A stretch of DNA of 60,000 nucleotides, from assembly GCA_044892525.1 (NCBI GenBank), contig CM097885.1, positions 44,828,001 through 44,888,000 of the forward strand, given 5' to 3'. The position numbers and the translations under genes were made by a program. The notes beneath the pieces were generated by a model. The model was not told the DNA's origin. It was given only the letters and a program-made list of their open reading frames with translations, and did no database searches. Below, one piece after another: positions 35,136 through 59,246 of this stretch. Source of the stretch: Schmidtea polychroa (taxonomy: Eukaryota). Positions within the stretch are counted from its first letter, which is position 1. Every line of letters begins with the position of its first letter.

Positions 35136-37224
35136 ATGGAGACCACCTATTTGAATCAGGGTTTTGCATTGAATCTTGGGAATATTAGCAGCACCAATGT
35201 AATGATTTGAGCAAATCAATAATTTTATTTTAATCTATTATAGAATTTTGCTATTCCTGCGTCATGGCTATCTATGGTTGATATAATTACAATAATGTTA
35301 CTTTTGCCTATTTTAGTTCATTTCATTTATCCCTATTTGCGGAAAAAGAACTTATATCCCAGTGTTATAATAAGAATTGTATTTGGCATGATTTTAGCTA
35401 TTATATCCATGATCGCAGCCGGAGTCCTGCAGTATTTCGTTTATAATGACTTCAAATACCATCGGACTTCTACTCGATTAATAGGTAAGTTTTCTTTTTA
35501 TATTCAGTCTAAATTTAGCTTCAATAATAAAATATTTTTCAAGATTTTGATACTTTAAATATTTTTATAAATTTTAGTATATGAATAAAATTCTACAGTC
35601 TGACTTAAATTATATTATTCCATGAAAGATTGAGAAAATAAACTCAAATTTTTAAAACAAATTTTTTACATATTTTACATATTTTTACAAAATAGGATAA
35701 AAATAACATTAATAAAAAAAGTTAAAAAAGAAATTTAAAATTTTCAAAATTCAAAATTTCAAACAATGACTTTTTTATAGCAAATGAATTATTGGGGTTT
35801 GTCTAAAGTGGAGCAAAATAAATGTGAATGTGAAAATGGATAAAACGGCCAAACTTATAAAAATTAAAAATTAATAAATTAATTAAAAATTTGAAAATGT
35901 TAAAATCTGACAATTTATTTGAAATTTTATTTTAAAAATAAAGATTGTGAAAATAGTGGAATTATTTCTAAAGTCATCATGGAAAATAAGTAGTGACAAG
36001 TTAGAAGTATAATCCAAGACAAATATCCCACAATATACAGTATTGTGTAATATTTGTATGGGGTACCAGGGTAAGGCACTATATGATTTTATAAAAGTAT
36101 GTATTTAATGTATATGATGACATAGTGATTATAGTATTTACAAACGAAGGAGCTATGGCAAAGAAAAAGAACAAGAAAAAAATTATTAAAAAAAATTAAT
36201 TAATTAAAATTAAAAATTGATAAAACAATAGTGATAATTTAAGCCTTTTCTTGCGAATAATGTATTTAATGAAAAAAAATTTCGACTATAAGATAATCCT
36301 TGACATGAATCAAAATTACTATTGTAATATTGTATATTCTGGGATATTTTATATATTCTTTATTTTATATATTTTATTTATATATGTTTATATTCTTCAC
36401 TTGTCACCACTATAATAAAAATTTAAATAATTTTAAAACTATGTATAAGACAAGTATAGAACTCTCCCCTTGGTAAATAAAGCGCCAATTCCATTTACTT
36501 ATGTTGAAGAAAATATTTGAAACATCAAAAGTTTTCACAATATTTTTCTTTATATTTAATTTAGCAATTGATTTGAAATAAAAATCATAATCATAATTTA
36601 AAGAAAATTTATTAAATAAACTTCAAATTTTCTGTAAATTATCTGGTAAAAGTCAAATGTCATATATCTTATTATGTCTTACTAATTTTTTTAAAGATTA
36701 TTCTAAATATTAGCAGTTCTTACATTCTAATGAAGAATAACAAAAACTTGAAATATTTTAATAATGTAAATAATAAATAAATTGTTTATACTTCAGGTGG
36801 GACCAATTATACATATTCAAAAATATCTGTTTTTAGTCAAGTTCCCCAATATTTTATTATAGGAATTAGTGAATCACAAACTATTGTAGCAGGTAATAAA
36901 TGCTTTGCGTTAAATTATATCAAGTATTTTATAGGACTTGAATTGGCTTGTTCACAAGTACCAACCTCAATGCAAGCTGTCACCAATAGTATCTTTTGGT
37001 TTTCTAGTGGAGTAGGTAGTTTTTTAGGGACTGCTCTTCTTATGGTATATGAATCAATTTATAAACCAACCACTTCAAGTGTTTCTACAATTATCTGCTA
37101 TATTTATTTCTTCGTACTCGCAATAATTCAAACAATATTCATATTGATGTTTTTACTATGTTTTTGGAAAATACGAAAACACAAGATTCATTTTTTAACC
37201 ACTTCAACAACTTTAACAACTTGA
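35136..37224 (+). CDS. Host SLC15/POT (PTR2) oligopeptide transporter, 3' exons only
   Basis: Exons 35136-35198, 35244-35484, 36797-36892 and 36935-37224; motifs IPASWL, ISVFSQVPQYFIIGISE and GLELACSQVPTSMQ. Confidence 0.88.
35989..36411. mobile_element. 423-bp MITE with AGTAGT-type ends, inside an SLC15 intron
   Basis: AGTAGTGACAAGT / ACTTGTCACCACT ends with longer imperfect inverted repeats; flanks AAAATA / ATAATA (5 of 6 match). Confidence 0.6.
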
Positions 37225-37319
37225 GATTAAATTTTTTCTATTATTTTTTTATTTAAAATGTATAATTCTTTTTAATATTTTTAAAGAATATTAATTGTAT
37301 CTGTTTTCATAAATTTTAA

Positions 37320-40300
37320 CCTTCATCCGTCCCTTAAATCGACTGTACACTAAAGTCCCCCGGGTCTTTTTCGACTCAGGTACAAATTGTTGACTTAAAA
37401 GAAACAAAATGCATATAATTAAATTAGTTGTATTAGTAACGGTAATTTTGACTGTTTAGGAAAAATAAAGAGCGATTTATCTGTTAATTATTTATTTATT
37501 ACATTACATACGTTATAGGAATGTGCCTTACAAATAAATCTTTTACAATATTTACATTCTAATGCATGTTTATTGTCCTATTTTGGACAAATGTGACATC
37601 TACCTCTTTTTTGACCACGTATCCTTGCTGTTGGTAATTCTAAGGGAGATGTAGTTGTGCATTTTTGTTCTAACATAAATTGTTGGCAATTAGACAACAT
37701 TTGTTCTTTTATCAATAATTCGCCCACAGTTTCGATGAAAACTCGCCTTCGATAATTTTTTTTTATATTCCAATCTGGACAAACAGCTGTAAATAAAATA
37801 AATGCAATTGATATAGCTATATCTAATATATTTGCAAAAACAGTAATTGGCCATCTATTTGTTTTTCTTCGAGTACTGTAATTGCCTATCATTTTGTCTA
37901 AGGTATCAACTCCTCCTTTGTTGCATTATAATCTAATATAATATTAGGTTTATTTTCAGAACCACCTGACAATTTTTTGTTTTGTGAAGAGTACTCTGAA
38001 TGACAACACATTTATTTCTTTTAGGAATGTATGGCATTAAGGTTGTATCCTTTATAAATGCAAATTTTGAAGTAAAAATTTCCTTGCATTTTACTTCGAG
38101 CAATACGGGTGGAATTGACGTTTTATTTTTTCGAATAGTGCAAATCACAGTATTTTTTTTGGAAAGTAATATTTGACCTAGTTCATAAGAAGTGAAAAAG
38201 TTGTCAACTGTTACATTTCTTCCTTCAAGTTGTTGGCACAAATCTAAAACCACTTGCCTTCCTTGATTCCTTTCAGGTGCATCACCAGCTACTTTTCCAG
38301 TGTATATATCTATTTAATAGCGAATTCCATCTTGTGGAGGTATCAATTATCAAATTTAATTCCTTACCAATTTTATTTTTACAGGCTTTTTTCAGCACAT
38401 CATTTTTAACAGGAGATTTACGAAACATTTGAGCTATTTTTCTTACTTTTTGAATAACTGTTGAAAAATTATCAGCTAGAGCGCAGTTTATGTGTTCTGA
38501 AGAATTTTCTTCCATCCAAAATTGAAGTTCACTTTCTGTTTCACTTTCATTTGAATCGTAATCAGATTGATCTCCAGTGTTTTCATTTTCCAATTGAATT
38601 TTCTCGTCTATTTCTTCAAACGTAGTTGAATTTTTTTTGTAAAGGACGTCTACAACTGCCAAATGTATTCCGTGGCTGTGGCAAACTTGATGGTAAATAC
38701 ACATCAAACGACCCATCTTTTTCATTACAGAGGAGCCATCTGTCACAACTGCCACTATGTGCTTTTTCAAAATAATGTCATATTCGCTTAATTTTTTTTC
38801 TACAATTTCAACTGCTTTGGCTGCTGGCATGGTTTCTTTTATTCTTATCATGCCAAGCCCAAAAACATCTTTATCTTTGGTGTGAATATTTAGACACATA
38901 TATCGACGATTGCGTTTTGAAGTCCACTCATCTAAGAAAGAAAATCGTTCCCAAGCTTCGATTTCCAATTTAAGTTTGTTTTTCAGAGCTTGTTGAATCG
39001 TATCTGCGTAATCAACCACCATAGCCTTGTTACAATTTTCTGTTACAGGAATACTTAAACCTTGGGCTTTCCATCCATTTTTGATTTCTTCACTATTTGC
39101 CAGAGTAGCAAACGGTATGCGATCTAATGCAGTTAATTTAGCAAGTACGTATCCTGGGGATGATGCAAATTTTTTGGTAAAAAGCAAAGTAACTTAAGAT
39201 ACGTCATTATTTTGACTTGCTGCTGAAGTTGAAGCAACAACTTAAAACAAATTATGTTTGTGTTGCATATGATACCTGTATGACGTCGTTGTTTTATGAG
39301 ACCGAAATGTAGTGTCACAGTGTTTGCACTTTAAAATATTATTGTCTTTGCTGTTAATTAATAGATGAGTCCAAATTTCACTTCTCTTTTCTTTGAATTG
39401 AATCCAATCGCTTTCTTTTTCCTTCTCAGCCATAGATTAATCTAAATTTAATTTTTATTATATAAATATTTTATATATTATATTTTGCAAACGGTATACC
39501 TGTTTTGAAAAATAAGAGATTATTAATAAAATTGGTGTTGTTTTTAGAGGTTTTTCTCGAGCACAATTATTTAGATAATTTTATATTTTTTAAAAATTTA
39601 AGTATTAATATACCGAAAAATAATTCACTTTTATATCAACCACTTTTAAATGTTTATTAAAAGAAAACTAAATGCTAATAGCAATGTAATGACAAAATAA
39701 CTAAAGAACTTTTATTTTTACAATGCCTAGCCTACGGTGATAAATTTCTATTTCCTACTTTAAATAAAATTCGCGGAAAATAGAAATAATAAAATTCGCG
39801 GGAAATAGAAATGACTTCAAATACTTTTGGGTGCAGGTGCAGGAAAACAATTGCCTTCCATATACGCAATTTTTAATTTTCTTGTTACAAATAAATACAA
39901 GCTACAAAAAAAACGATGAATCGAATTCGCTAGAAATTGTTCGATTAATCAAACCATAAATAAATTTATCGATCAACCGATTAACCGAGTAATCGAACCA
40001 TGCCCTAATCTATATTCCATACATAACTATTTTTGCTATCGCACAGCACCCAAAATTTAATCTCATATTTAGCCGGCTTCTTTGGCATGTATTGTCGAAA
40101 TGCAAATTTTCCGTGGTATAGAACCAATTGTTCAACGATTGTCATATTTTCGCTCGGATTATAAAGATGTGGTAATATTTCGACCCATTTATTCCACAGT
40201 TCTCGAATTGGAGCTAATTTTTCAGTATTTTTTCTAGCAGCTCGTGTACTACGATTATCAAATCGAATGACTTTTGATATAATTTTGAATTGTTTTAGTG

Positions 40301-41177
40301 ACGTGATAGCTCTGAATATATGTCGACCCTTTGTTTCATGCCATAAATTTTCCAAAGCCTCATTATTCGATTTATATACACCAGCTAACAATAAAAGTCC
40401 AATATATGCATCCAATTTGATAATATCAATATTTTTTTAATCCTCTTTATATATGTGATTTCCTTCCAAATTGGTATTTCGAATAATAATAGTTTTTATA
40501 GAATTTGTAAACAATAATTGAAATGCAGAGAGTTCTGTTGATAATGCGAGAAATAGCATATCTTGAGATTCCAGGGGTAGTTCTAATCACATTTGATGAT
40601 GATTGACGGCCATGTTGAATAAAGGGCTCTGATTGCCATTCAATATCCTTAGAAAGGTATGGTATAGATCTAGAAGGTACATCGACTATGTCACTATCAG
40701 AAGCTTCAATCAATTTTTCAATATGATCTGATGTCTCTGAGCAGGTATCATTTCCCGATGAAAATTCAAGTAAATTATCTTCTTCATTTTCAAATCGTCT
40801 TGACATGATGATAATTCTACACAAAATAGTAAGTAAGGGTAAATTTCTGTATCTTTGAGTCGACTGCTGAAAACTATACAGTCAAATTTTGTTGAAAAAA
40901 TTACTTCTTAGAAGGTGATAAAAATAAACATCCGTTTACGCCGCGAATTCTAAAAATTTGTTCAAAAACGCACTTGGGTCATTTTCGACCCGAGGGACTG
41001 GAGTGTTACTTTTTTTACAAGAGATAATCCAGGTATCATATTTTTTTTCCAAAATTAGTTTATCATATCAACAAAATCAAAGTCACGAAATTATAGATAT
41101 GTTGTATTAATATTTTATGATATATTTGCAAAACAAAATCACTTCGGGTTGAAAAAGACCAGAGGGACGGATGAAGG
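37320..41177 (-). mobile_element. piggyBac DNA transposon, decayed transposase, interrupted by a hAT
   Basis: TTAA TSDs; perfect 15-bp TIR CCTTCATCCGTCCCT; subterminal repeats; motifs QYMPKKPAKY, VTVDNFFTS, GVDTLDKM, RWP and a Cys-rich tail, with stops and frameshifts. Confidence 0.93.
38314..40007 (-). mobile_element. hAT (Ac-type, BED finger) transposon, 3'-truncated, nested in the piggyBac
   Basis: 5' end TAGGGCATGG; BED finger SEIW...CKHC...HMQHKH; DEWTS, VTDG, CHSH and TRWNS motifs. The piggyBac frame YVWNID|IYTGK is split around it. Confidence 0.88.
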
Positions 41178-42038
41178 TTAATTAATTGTCTACAGCTGTT
41201 TGCATGGATTAAAACATCTATAATATTAAAAAAATCAATTCCCCAATATTATAGAAACACACAAACTGACCTGTGTGCAGAATTTTAATGTTTATTGAGT
41301 ATGGGAAAAGAGTATGCCCCATATATATTTGGCTTGAGAACTCGTCCCTTTCTAATAATTTACCTAACGATGTGTTGGGGTTCAACAGGAGAGGTACAAA
41401 AATGAGGTGAAAATCGATAAAAACGCCACATTCAAAATAAAAATTTAAAGTACAAAATATTAATGAAAAATCAAAAAATTTTAAAATTGAATATTTTGAA
41501 TAAATTTGAATTAGAGCTACAAGTGGAAGCTCGGGGGAAGTTAGACCCAAACTAATTTGCAGAAATAAAGTCAATTACCAAGTGGGTATAAAAGCAACTG
41601 GCAAGAAAACAAAACTGCCAGTTGGTTGAAGAAAAGAAAATAGAAGTTTGGCGAGAGCGAAAAAGGAAACATTAAAGTTAGTAGAAAATAAATAATTTAA
41701 AAATCGAACGTACCAGAAAGTGACATCTACCCCTGCGTGAGATTTGTTGGCAAATTGAAAAGTGCAGACAAAACCTGATTGTATCAAGTGTGAGTGAACT
41801 ACTAAAAAGTGTAAAAGTGTAACTGCATCAGTTTTAATTAAAGATTTTGTGTTGGGTCGTTTATTTATTTTGAAAAGAACACAAAGGAGTCAGATCGTAG
41901 TACCGACTTACATTAAAAACGTAACAGATGTAATTTAATCCGGATTAATTTGAATTAAGTAATTCTAAATTATAAAATGTTATGACAATTTTTTTGACTA
42001 TAGTCATGGTTATTTTTTATTTTCAAAGATTTAGTGTA

Positions 42039-42154
42039 CAGGTAATCCTCCTACAACGCGGTAGATAGGTTCCTAAAAAATGCCGCGTTGTAGGAAAATT
42101 TCCGAATTTTAGGAATCGCGTTGTAACAAAACGGCGTTGTAGTAAGGTTACCTG
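42039..42154. mobile_element. 116-bp pogo/Tigger-like MITE
   Basis: TA|CAGGTAATCCTCCTACAACG ... CGTTGTAGTAAGGTTACCTG|TA. Confidence 0.75.
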
Positions 42155-42639
42155 TATTTGTTTTTTCAATGAAATTTTTATTAAAATATTTTAAATAGAA
42201 TTTATAAGATAAATTTTTTTTTATTCGAATTGTTTGGTGGAATATTTATTTAAATAGAATTTTAAGATATTGTTTTTAGAGTCTTTTTTTCAATAAAATT
42301 TGTCAATGAATTTTTATAATTTTAAATAGATCTTTTCTATAGAAATTTTAAATAGAATTTTTCAAATTTTTTATTGTTAAATTTTTATTGTAATTTTTTT
42401 CTCAATCAATTAATTTTAAAAGTAAATTTTTCTGACTGTAGTCAATGGATAATTTTTAATTTAAATTTAAATTTGAACTCTAGGAGTTTTATATGAAGAT
42501 CAAACTGTAATCAGTGATATTTTTGGATCTAATTTTTTAATTGAAATTTGGACGAGTGGTTAAGATGTTCATTTTTAAAATGAAGCTAAGTGAATAAATT
42601 AAGTTGCTTGATTTTAATTAAAGACTTGGTTTAACATTT

Positions 42640-43030
42640 TCAGAAATAAAAAATTGGCATTGGTTTTTTACCCATTAATTTATAAATATTTATTGATAAA
42701 TTATTTAATTTTTCAAATGTTTCAACTTCATTAATTTTTATTGGATGTACAAATTCATCCCAGAATTTCATATCATTGTCATAAAGGGTATAATTACATA
42801 ATCTATCAGCATGATCTTTTACAGAATGTAGAGCAGCTAAGAAAGACCACAAAAACATTTATTATAAGGAGTTTTAAAGTAATTATGTGATTGGAATTAA
42901 TTGGTGTTGGGATATATGAGTTTGGAGAAGGAGCTTCAGCTTTCCAGTCATCTATTTCTAAATCTTTAGAGGAACGTAAAATTAAATTAGATTCCCCTAA
43001 TTCTTGTTCTACAATTTCATTATCTTTTCC
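42640..43030 (-). pseudogene. Relic of a Polinton pPolB N-terminal region
   Basis: SYIPTP...FLWSFLAALH...FEKLNNLSINIY matches the SYIKTP/CFLYS/FERKN/LSINV block of the pPolB at 3400-3670; frameshifted. Confidence 0.75.
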
Positions 43031-43839
43031 AAAACCTTTTTTAATCTTTAAGCACTTGCCGGGCGCGCACTCAAATATGAGCGCACCCAATGTGTACCAT
43101 TTCGGGCGAGCGCGCACGTATGCGCGTAAACACATTTTGAAAAAATATTGTCGTTTGAATAAGATATCTGATCCCGGGTGAGAACACACATATGAGCGAT
43201 ATTTCCAATAACATTATTTTACGATATTTATGTTCAAATCGTGCTTCTTGGGTCAATTTTTGGATCTCTTGTACTTATCTACCCCCGAGTTCAAGTAAAT
43301 GTATTTTTCATGTTTTCTAAAATATATGTTGCCCAGCAACCATGCGCGCGACTGCATCGTTTTTGTACCTTCGTTCTTCGGACTTTTCGTGTTTTTCAAA
43401 CTGTTTTTTTGTATAAGAGAGTATGTGTGTACTTTTAATTATTTTATTTTCTGAACTGTTTTCTGAGTTTAATTTTTGTTGTCATTGTATACTTTCTACA
43501 ATACTCGTGAATGTTCAACTTATTCTTCAAAAGATTTGAGCTGTGATCTGCCTATATTTCTAATTCTAACCTGTTCCACTAAAAATACTTACAGCGACGG
43601 ACCCGTGGAGAAGCCTCCACATTACAGACCAATCAACCGAGTGATTGAAATAACAGTCGATCTGCAAGTAAGAGCAACCATAAAGGTCCCTCAAACCGTG
43701 GCCTACTGGATCCAAAACAAAATCAAAACCAGAAATATACGACAAAAAGAACAAAACAGAAACTAACTTGATTATAAAGATTTATTAACTTAAAACATTA
43801 CATAAATTTACCAAATCCAATTCAAGCTTACCAAAATGG

Positions 43840-44010
43840 CATAAACCGAAAATTTCAAAATACGGTCAGACAATTGTACTAGCAATTTCCTCAACCTTTT
43901 TTAAAAACTCAGAAATACACTACGAACCAATAACTATAATAAGATTTTGTTATTAATATTGATATTTTGTTATCAGTAATCTTGACTCAAAGTCAGCATA
44001 AATTAGAGAA
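43840..44010 (-). pseudogene. Relic of the pPolB ExoI region
   Basis: Minus strand gives LIYADFES and CISEFLKKVEEIASTIV*PYFE, close to VIYADFES and CILDFLRKVEEIAVTIVLPYYE in the main element. Confidence 0.75.
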
Positions 44011-44139
44011 TATTTATATTTATAATTATATTTAAATTTATATAAATTATTAATTATTGATAATGGTCAGGTCTAATCTGATGGATTTAGGTCACTAAAA
44101 TTAAAAAGGAATTCAGTAAATCAGTTTAATGAGCTTCTA

Positions 44140-45056
44140 CACCAAACACCACTGAGATGCATTTCCTATAATATAACAAAAAAATCAATAATCTTACATT
44201 ATAGAAACATACATACTTACTTTGATTTTACGTTGATGTTCTCATTTATAGCTCAATGAGATACATCTTATATTATAGAAATCTGAAAAGTGGAAGGAAA
44301 ATTAAAAACTGCACACAAACACAACACATAATAAAAAACACATACAAACTTTTGATTCGTAAAATTGTAACGATGAGATACGTTTCTATAATAATTCTAT
44401 TTTAGAAAATTTTTAGAAAAAAAAAGATCGTTGAAAATTTTTTAAATTATATTTTTAATGAAAATATCAAGAGCAGATGAATTTGGTTCAAAATCTTTTT
44501 ACTCCAGATTTGATTTCTTTTAAGAATCCCCTCATATTGAGCTCAGAAAAAAATTACAAAAATTAAAAAAATTATTCTAATCAGCAATTTTTCCCAAAAT
44601 GTTTTAAAAAAATACATTGATTGATTTATTTATTTAATTAATTATAATTAAAAATATATCGGACTCACATTTTTTCGAAATAATTCCAAAAATACTTTAA
44701 TAAAAGACATAAAATTCCTAAAAAAGCCTGAAAATAATTTAAAAATAATTTATAATTATATTGTTGATTATAAGTAATATTTAAGAACTTGAATAATGAT
44801 CTCATATCTTATATAGATCAGAATTCAAGTCTTAAAATTTACTTTAAATAAAAAAAATTACTTGTAAGCCATTTGTAAAATCACTAAAATAAATTTCCAA
44901 AAAACATAATTGATTTTAAAAACATTGATTAAAAAAACATAATTCAGTACATGATAAATTGTTGATTGATTTGCTGATGATGATGATAAATAAATTGGTG
45001 AGTGATTTTACACGCCAACCACCACTATAGAGAACGTATCTCAGTGGTGTTTGGTG
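44140..45056. mobile_element. 917-bp MITE with TA TSD
   Basis: TA|CACCAAACACCACTGAGAT ... ATCTCAGTGGTGTTTGGTG|TA. Confidence 0.8.
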
Positions 45057-45499
45057 TACACCAACCGGCATTTGATTATCATCAAATGGCCATTGATTTG
45101 CATATTTAATAATATAAATATTAACTTACTTATAATAAATGTATGTGTGTCATAGCCAGAAGGGACATTGAATTAGCTAGGTGACAATCAATTAGCTCTT
45201 ACACTATAGAAAGAGAAAAAATCGCTGTTGGAAGAAAAACAAATAAATACATACAAACACGGTTCTATAATAAAAAATACACACTATAGGACATTGATTT
45301 ATCATGCGGACATTCAATTAGCTAAACATTTTCCATTTAAAATTAATTAATTATAAAAAAATATACAAGAATATGTTAGAAACTTCATCAGAATCGACTA
45401 TTTCATTTCAAGAAATACATAGATGAATACTCTTCAATAGATGGACGAACAAGAGCTTCGGTAGATCACGAGTAGGCAATAGAATTTATAACAATATGC

Positions 45500-48027
45500 C
45501 AAGGGTGGGCACGCATGGGTTCAATAAGAGCCATTTTCCGAAAATTTATTTTTTACAGAGCCACCATAGTAAAGTACATATTTTTTTTTATTTCATTAAT
45601 TTGATTAAAGAGACTTTAACGCTATTAATAAAAACAAAATAATTATTTCAAACATTAAGTAACAAACATAAAAATCCATTAATAAAAAGTAATAAAATTT
45701 CTTGAATTAACGAAGACTTTTGGTCAAATCTTTGAAATTTGGTGTATACTTTGTTAAAGCTGTTCGCAGCAATTCTGTAAGATGCTGATTGGTCAACTGT
45801 GAACGATATTTCGACTTTACGAACTTCATTGTGGAGTACAAAGATTCACAACAATATGTTGTACCAAAAATTGAAATTAGACGGCAAGCAGCTTGTTTTA
45901 AGTGTGGATATTTTGCCTCTGGTACGAGTTTCCAAAATTCAACTATAGAAGTAGATTTATGGTGCATTTGCAAAGCCTGGTCCTCTTTCATATCTAATAA
46001 CTCCAATTCCTCAACCGCTTTTTTAACAAGTATTACTTCAGAAATTGGAAATCCATTTTCAATAATATCACAAATAAATGGGTTCACAAAAAATGCAAAT
46101 GTAGATTTATAACTTTTCAAATCTTCAAACCTACATTTGAAATCCGCTTGCAATTCTTACAATTTTTCACTGTATTCGTTTACTTTTTCTTCTGTAATAT
46201 CAATTATACTAGCTTTTATTCGTGGAAAATGATTAAATATTTTCGACCTAAGATCGTTCACAAAAAGCCGAAGTTTAGCTTCAAAACTAAATAACGTTTG
46301 TGACAAATCAATAATTATCTTTTCTTTTCCTTGTAAAACCAAATTTAATGTTTGCAAATGTTCCATAATGTCTGTAAGGAACATTAAGTCAGAAAGCCAA
46401 GTTTCATTTTCTAATTCTGGGTATGCTATTCCGTTTTCTTTGGTAAATATTATGATAGGATTTAGGAGTTCCACAAAACGGTTCAAAACATTGTAAGTTG
46501 ACAGCCATCTAACAATACACCATAAGGAGACATCATTAGGCAAATCATCTGTTTCGTCATTTAACCTTAATTATTCCAAAAAGTTTTTAAATTGACGATG
46601 TGTTTTGGCATTTGTTCTAATTAAATTCACAATCTTCAAAACAATCTTCTACACATTTTCGTATTTAAAGTACTTCGCTATGAGATGATCGCGATGAATT
46701 ATGCAGTGAAGAGATAAAAAGTGAGGAATATTAGGATCTCTGTTTAAAAGACCAATGAGACCTTGATTTTTTCCCATCATTGCAGTCGCTCCGTCTGTCG
46801 CAACACTTACAAGTTTGTCACGAACCAATTCGAACCTGTCCATAACTACATCAAGCGCAGTTTTGACATCGATACCGCGAGTTGTTTCGAGAAGAGCTAC
46901 TAGGTCTAACATTTCTTCCTTCACTTTTACGTCAGAAGATACAAAGCGGACAAAAACGGCTAATTGTGGAACATCCTGAATGTCAGTAGACTCGTCGAGA
47001 GCTAAACTGAATGCTGTACAATTTTTTAAATCACACATCAAATTATTTTCAACATTTTCGCTAATTTGGCCAATTCGACGCACAGTTGTACGACGTGAAA
47101 TAGAAATACGTGAGATCAATTTATGTAGTTTTGAGTTGTCCGGATCCAAAACTTTAATCACTTCTTCCAAGTTTCTCTTAATAAATTCACCTTCTCCATA
47201 TGGACGTTTAGCACGAGCTATATTCCAAGCTATCAAAAAACTAGCTTCGTTGGCACTGTCATCTTCTCGACTAAAAGTAGATAATAGTCCTTGTTGGGCT
47301 TGAAGCCCTGATTGCAATGACTTAAGTTTTTCTGTCCGCAAGTTTGAATTGAGTGGATATTGAATTGATAAGTGTGGATGACTTACTTCATAGTGTCGAC
47401 GTAAATTGGTTACTTTGTAGTTGGAAATTGTATCTTTACAAATAAGACACAACGATTTACCATTATTGTCAATAAAAAAAAACTTTTCTGTCCATTCTTC
47501 TTGAAAAGTTCTATTTTCTTGTCTGTATTTTCGTTTTTTGATGTTTTCTGATGTCATTATAATAATAAATTTAAATAACTATATGGCTGAAATTTAAACA
47601 AAATAATAAAAAGACATTAATTTAATTTTAATTAGTTTAAAATTTTAAAATGCTTCATAAAAAAATCTTCTTACCAAATTTTTCAAAAAACACGAATAGA
47701 AAACTATATTAAAATATACAAACGACCGCAATCTTGTACAAACAAAATAATAACCAATCAAAATTCACTAAATTAATTTTTGATGCTTCTCTCTCGTTGT
47801 TATAACAAAGCGCCGCCTACTACAAAATAATTTTAAAAAGCAGTAAAATGTGAAAAACAATGTTTCGTTAATTTTTGACATTTATGAAAATACAATTGCA
47901 ACAAAAAATTTTTTCTCAAAACATTTAGTGAAAAATTTCAAAATAAAAAATCGAATTCGATTATCAAGAATTCAATTATCAATGAGCCGCAGTTTACTCA
48001 ACGAAGAGCCGCATTTGCCCACCGTTG
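45500..48027 (-). mobile_element. Full-length hAT (Buster/Charlie/SPIN type) transposon
   Basis: TIRs CAAGGGTGGGCA / TGCCCACCGTTG; exact 8-bp TSD CAATATGC (NNNTANNN) at 45492-45499 and 48028-48035. Confidence 0.95.
45707..47557 (-). pseudogene. hAT transposase (GTF2IRD2/ZBED8-like) with three in-frame stops
   Basis: CLIC...RRHY, LDESTD, ATDGA, HCIIH, VRWLS and FGTTYCCES motifs; stops near 46650, 46572 and 46158. Confidence 0.92.
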
Positions 48028-48825
48028 CAATATGCCAACAAAGATGAGCTAATCCATTCACAATAATATATCTTCATTGACTATTCAAATAGAAAAGTTG
48101 CCATATAATCCATTTTTGAACCCCATCAAAAGCGTTGAGCAAAATTAAAAATGGGGAAATGACTAAAGTTTCTTCGGTTGATGGATTTTCCAGACAGATT
48201 TACCTTCGATGAATGATTTACTGCAATATCCCAAACAGTTAACGAGGAACTTCGAAAACCAGATCATAATAATTTCAAAAATCATATTAATAATCATATT
48301 AAAGATTCTTCCCTAAATACTTGATATTTTAGGTAAACTATGAAAAAATGAAAAATATCAACAGATATAGTTTTACATTCAGATTAATCATGATTAATAA
48401 AACTTCTATAACTTCAATTGTTATTATTAAATCAACTAAAAAATACAACAGTTATGAAATCCCTTGCACTATTCCTCATATTTTACACTTCCTCATTTAG
48501 TGACATTTTTAAATGTTATATCTAGCTAAAATCATTTCGTTTATTTGTGTTGTTGGGACTCTGTTACAAAAGTAAACATTTAAACTCTATAATACTTTCC
48601 CATTGCTCAACTTCTGTGCATTATGTATAAATCAATAATAAAGTGTATCTTTAATTAAGATTAAAGCAAAAAAATCAAAAAGTCGAGACTAATATCATTT
48701 TTAATTATTAAACACATTAAACTTCAATTTGATACATCCTTGATATTCAAGTCTTGCAAACTCTTACAATCATTATAAAATATGAAAATCAAAGGGTAAA
48801 AATTGTACACGTGGACATTGTAAAA

Positions 48826-59106
<10,281 letters not shown>

Positions 59107-59137
59107 CTTAAATGCGAAAGGTTATTGGAAAGGTTAA

Positions 59138-59246
<109 letters not shown>

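Noticed and set aside
41187..41926. Possible solo LTR (TGT...ACA)
   Set aside because: No matching TSD, primer-binding site or second copy seen.
43036..43766. GC-richer segment with short ORFs (43071, 43241, 43476, 43566)
   Set aside because: No recognisable domain or boundaries; probably a mobile-element fragment but unsupported.
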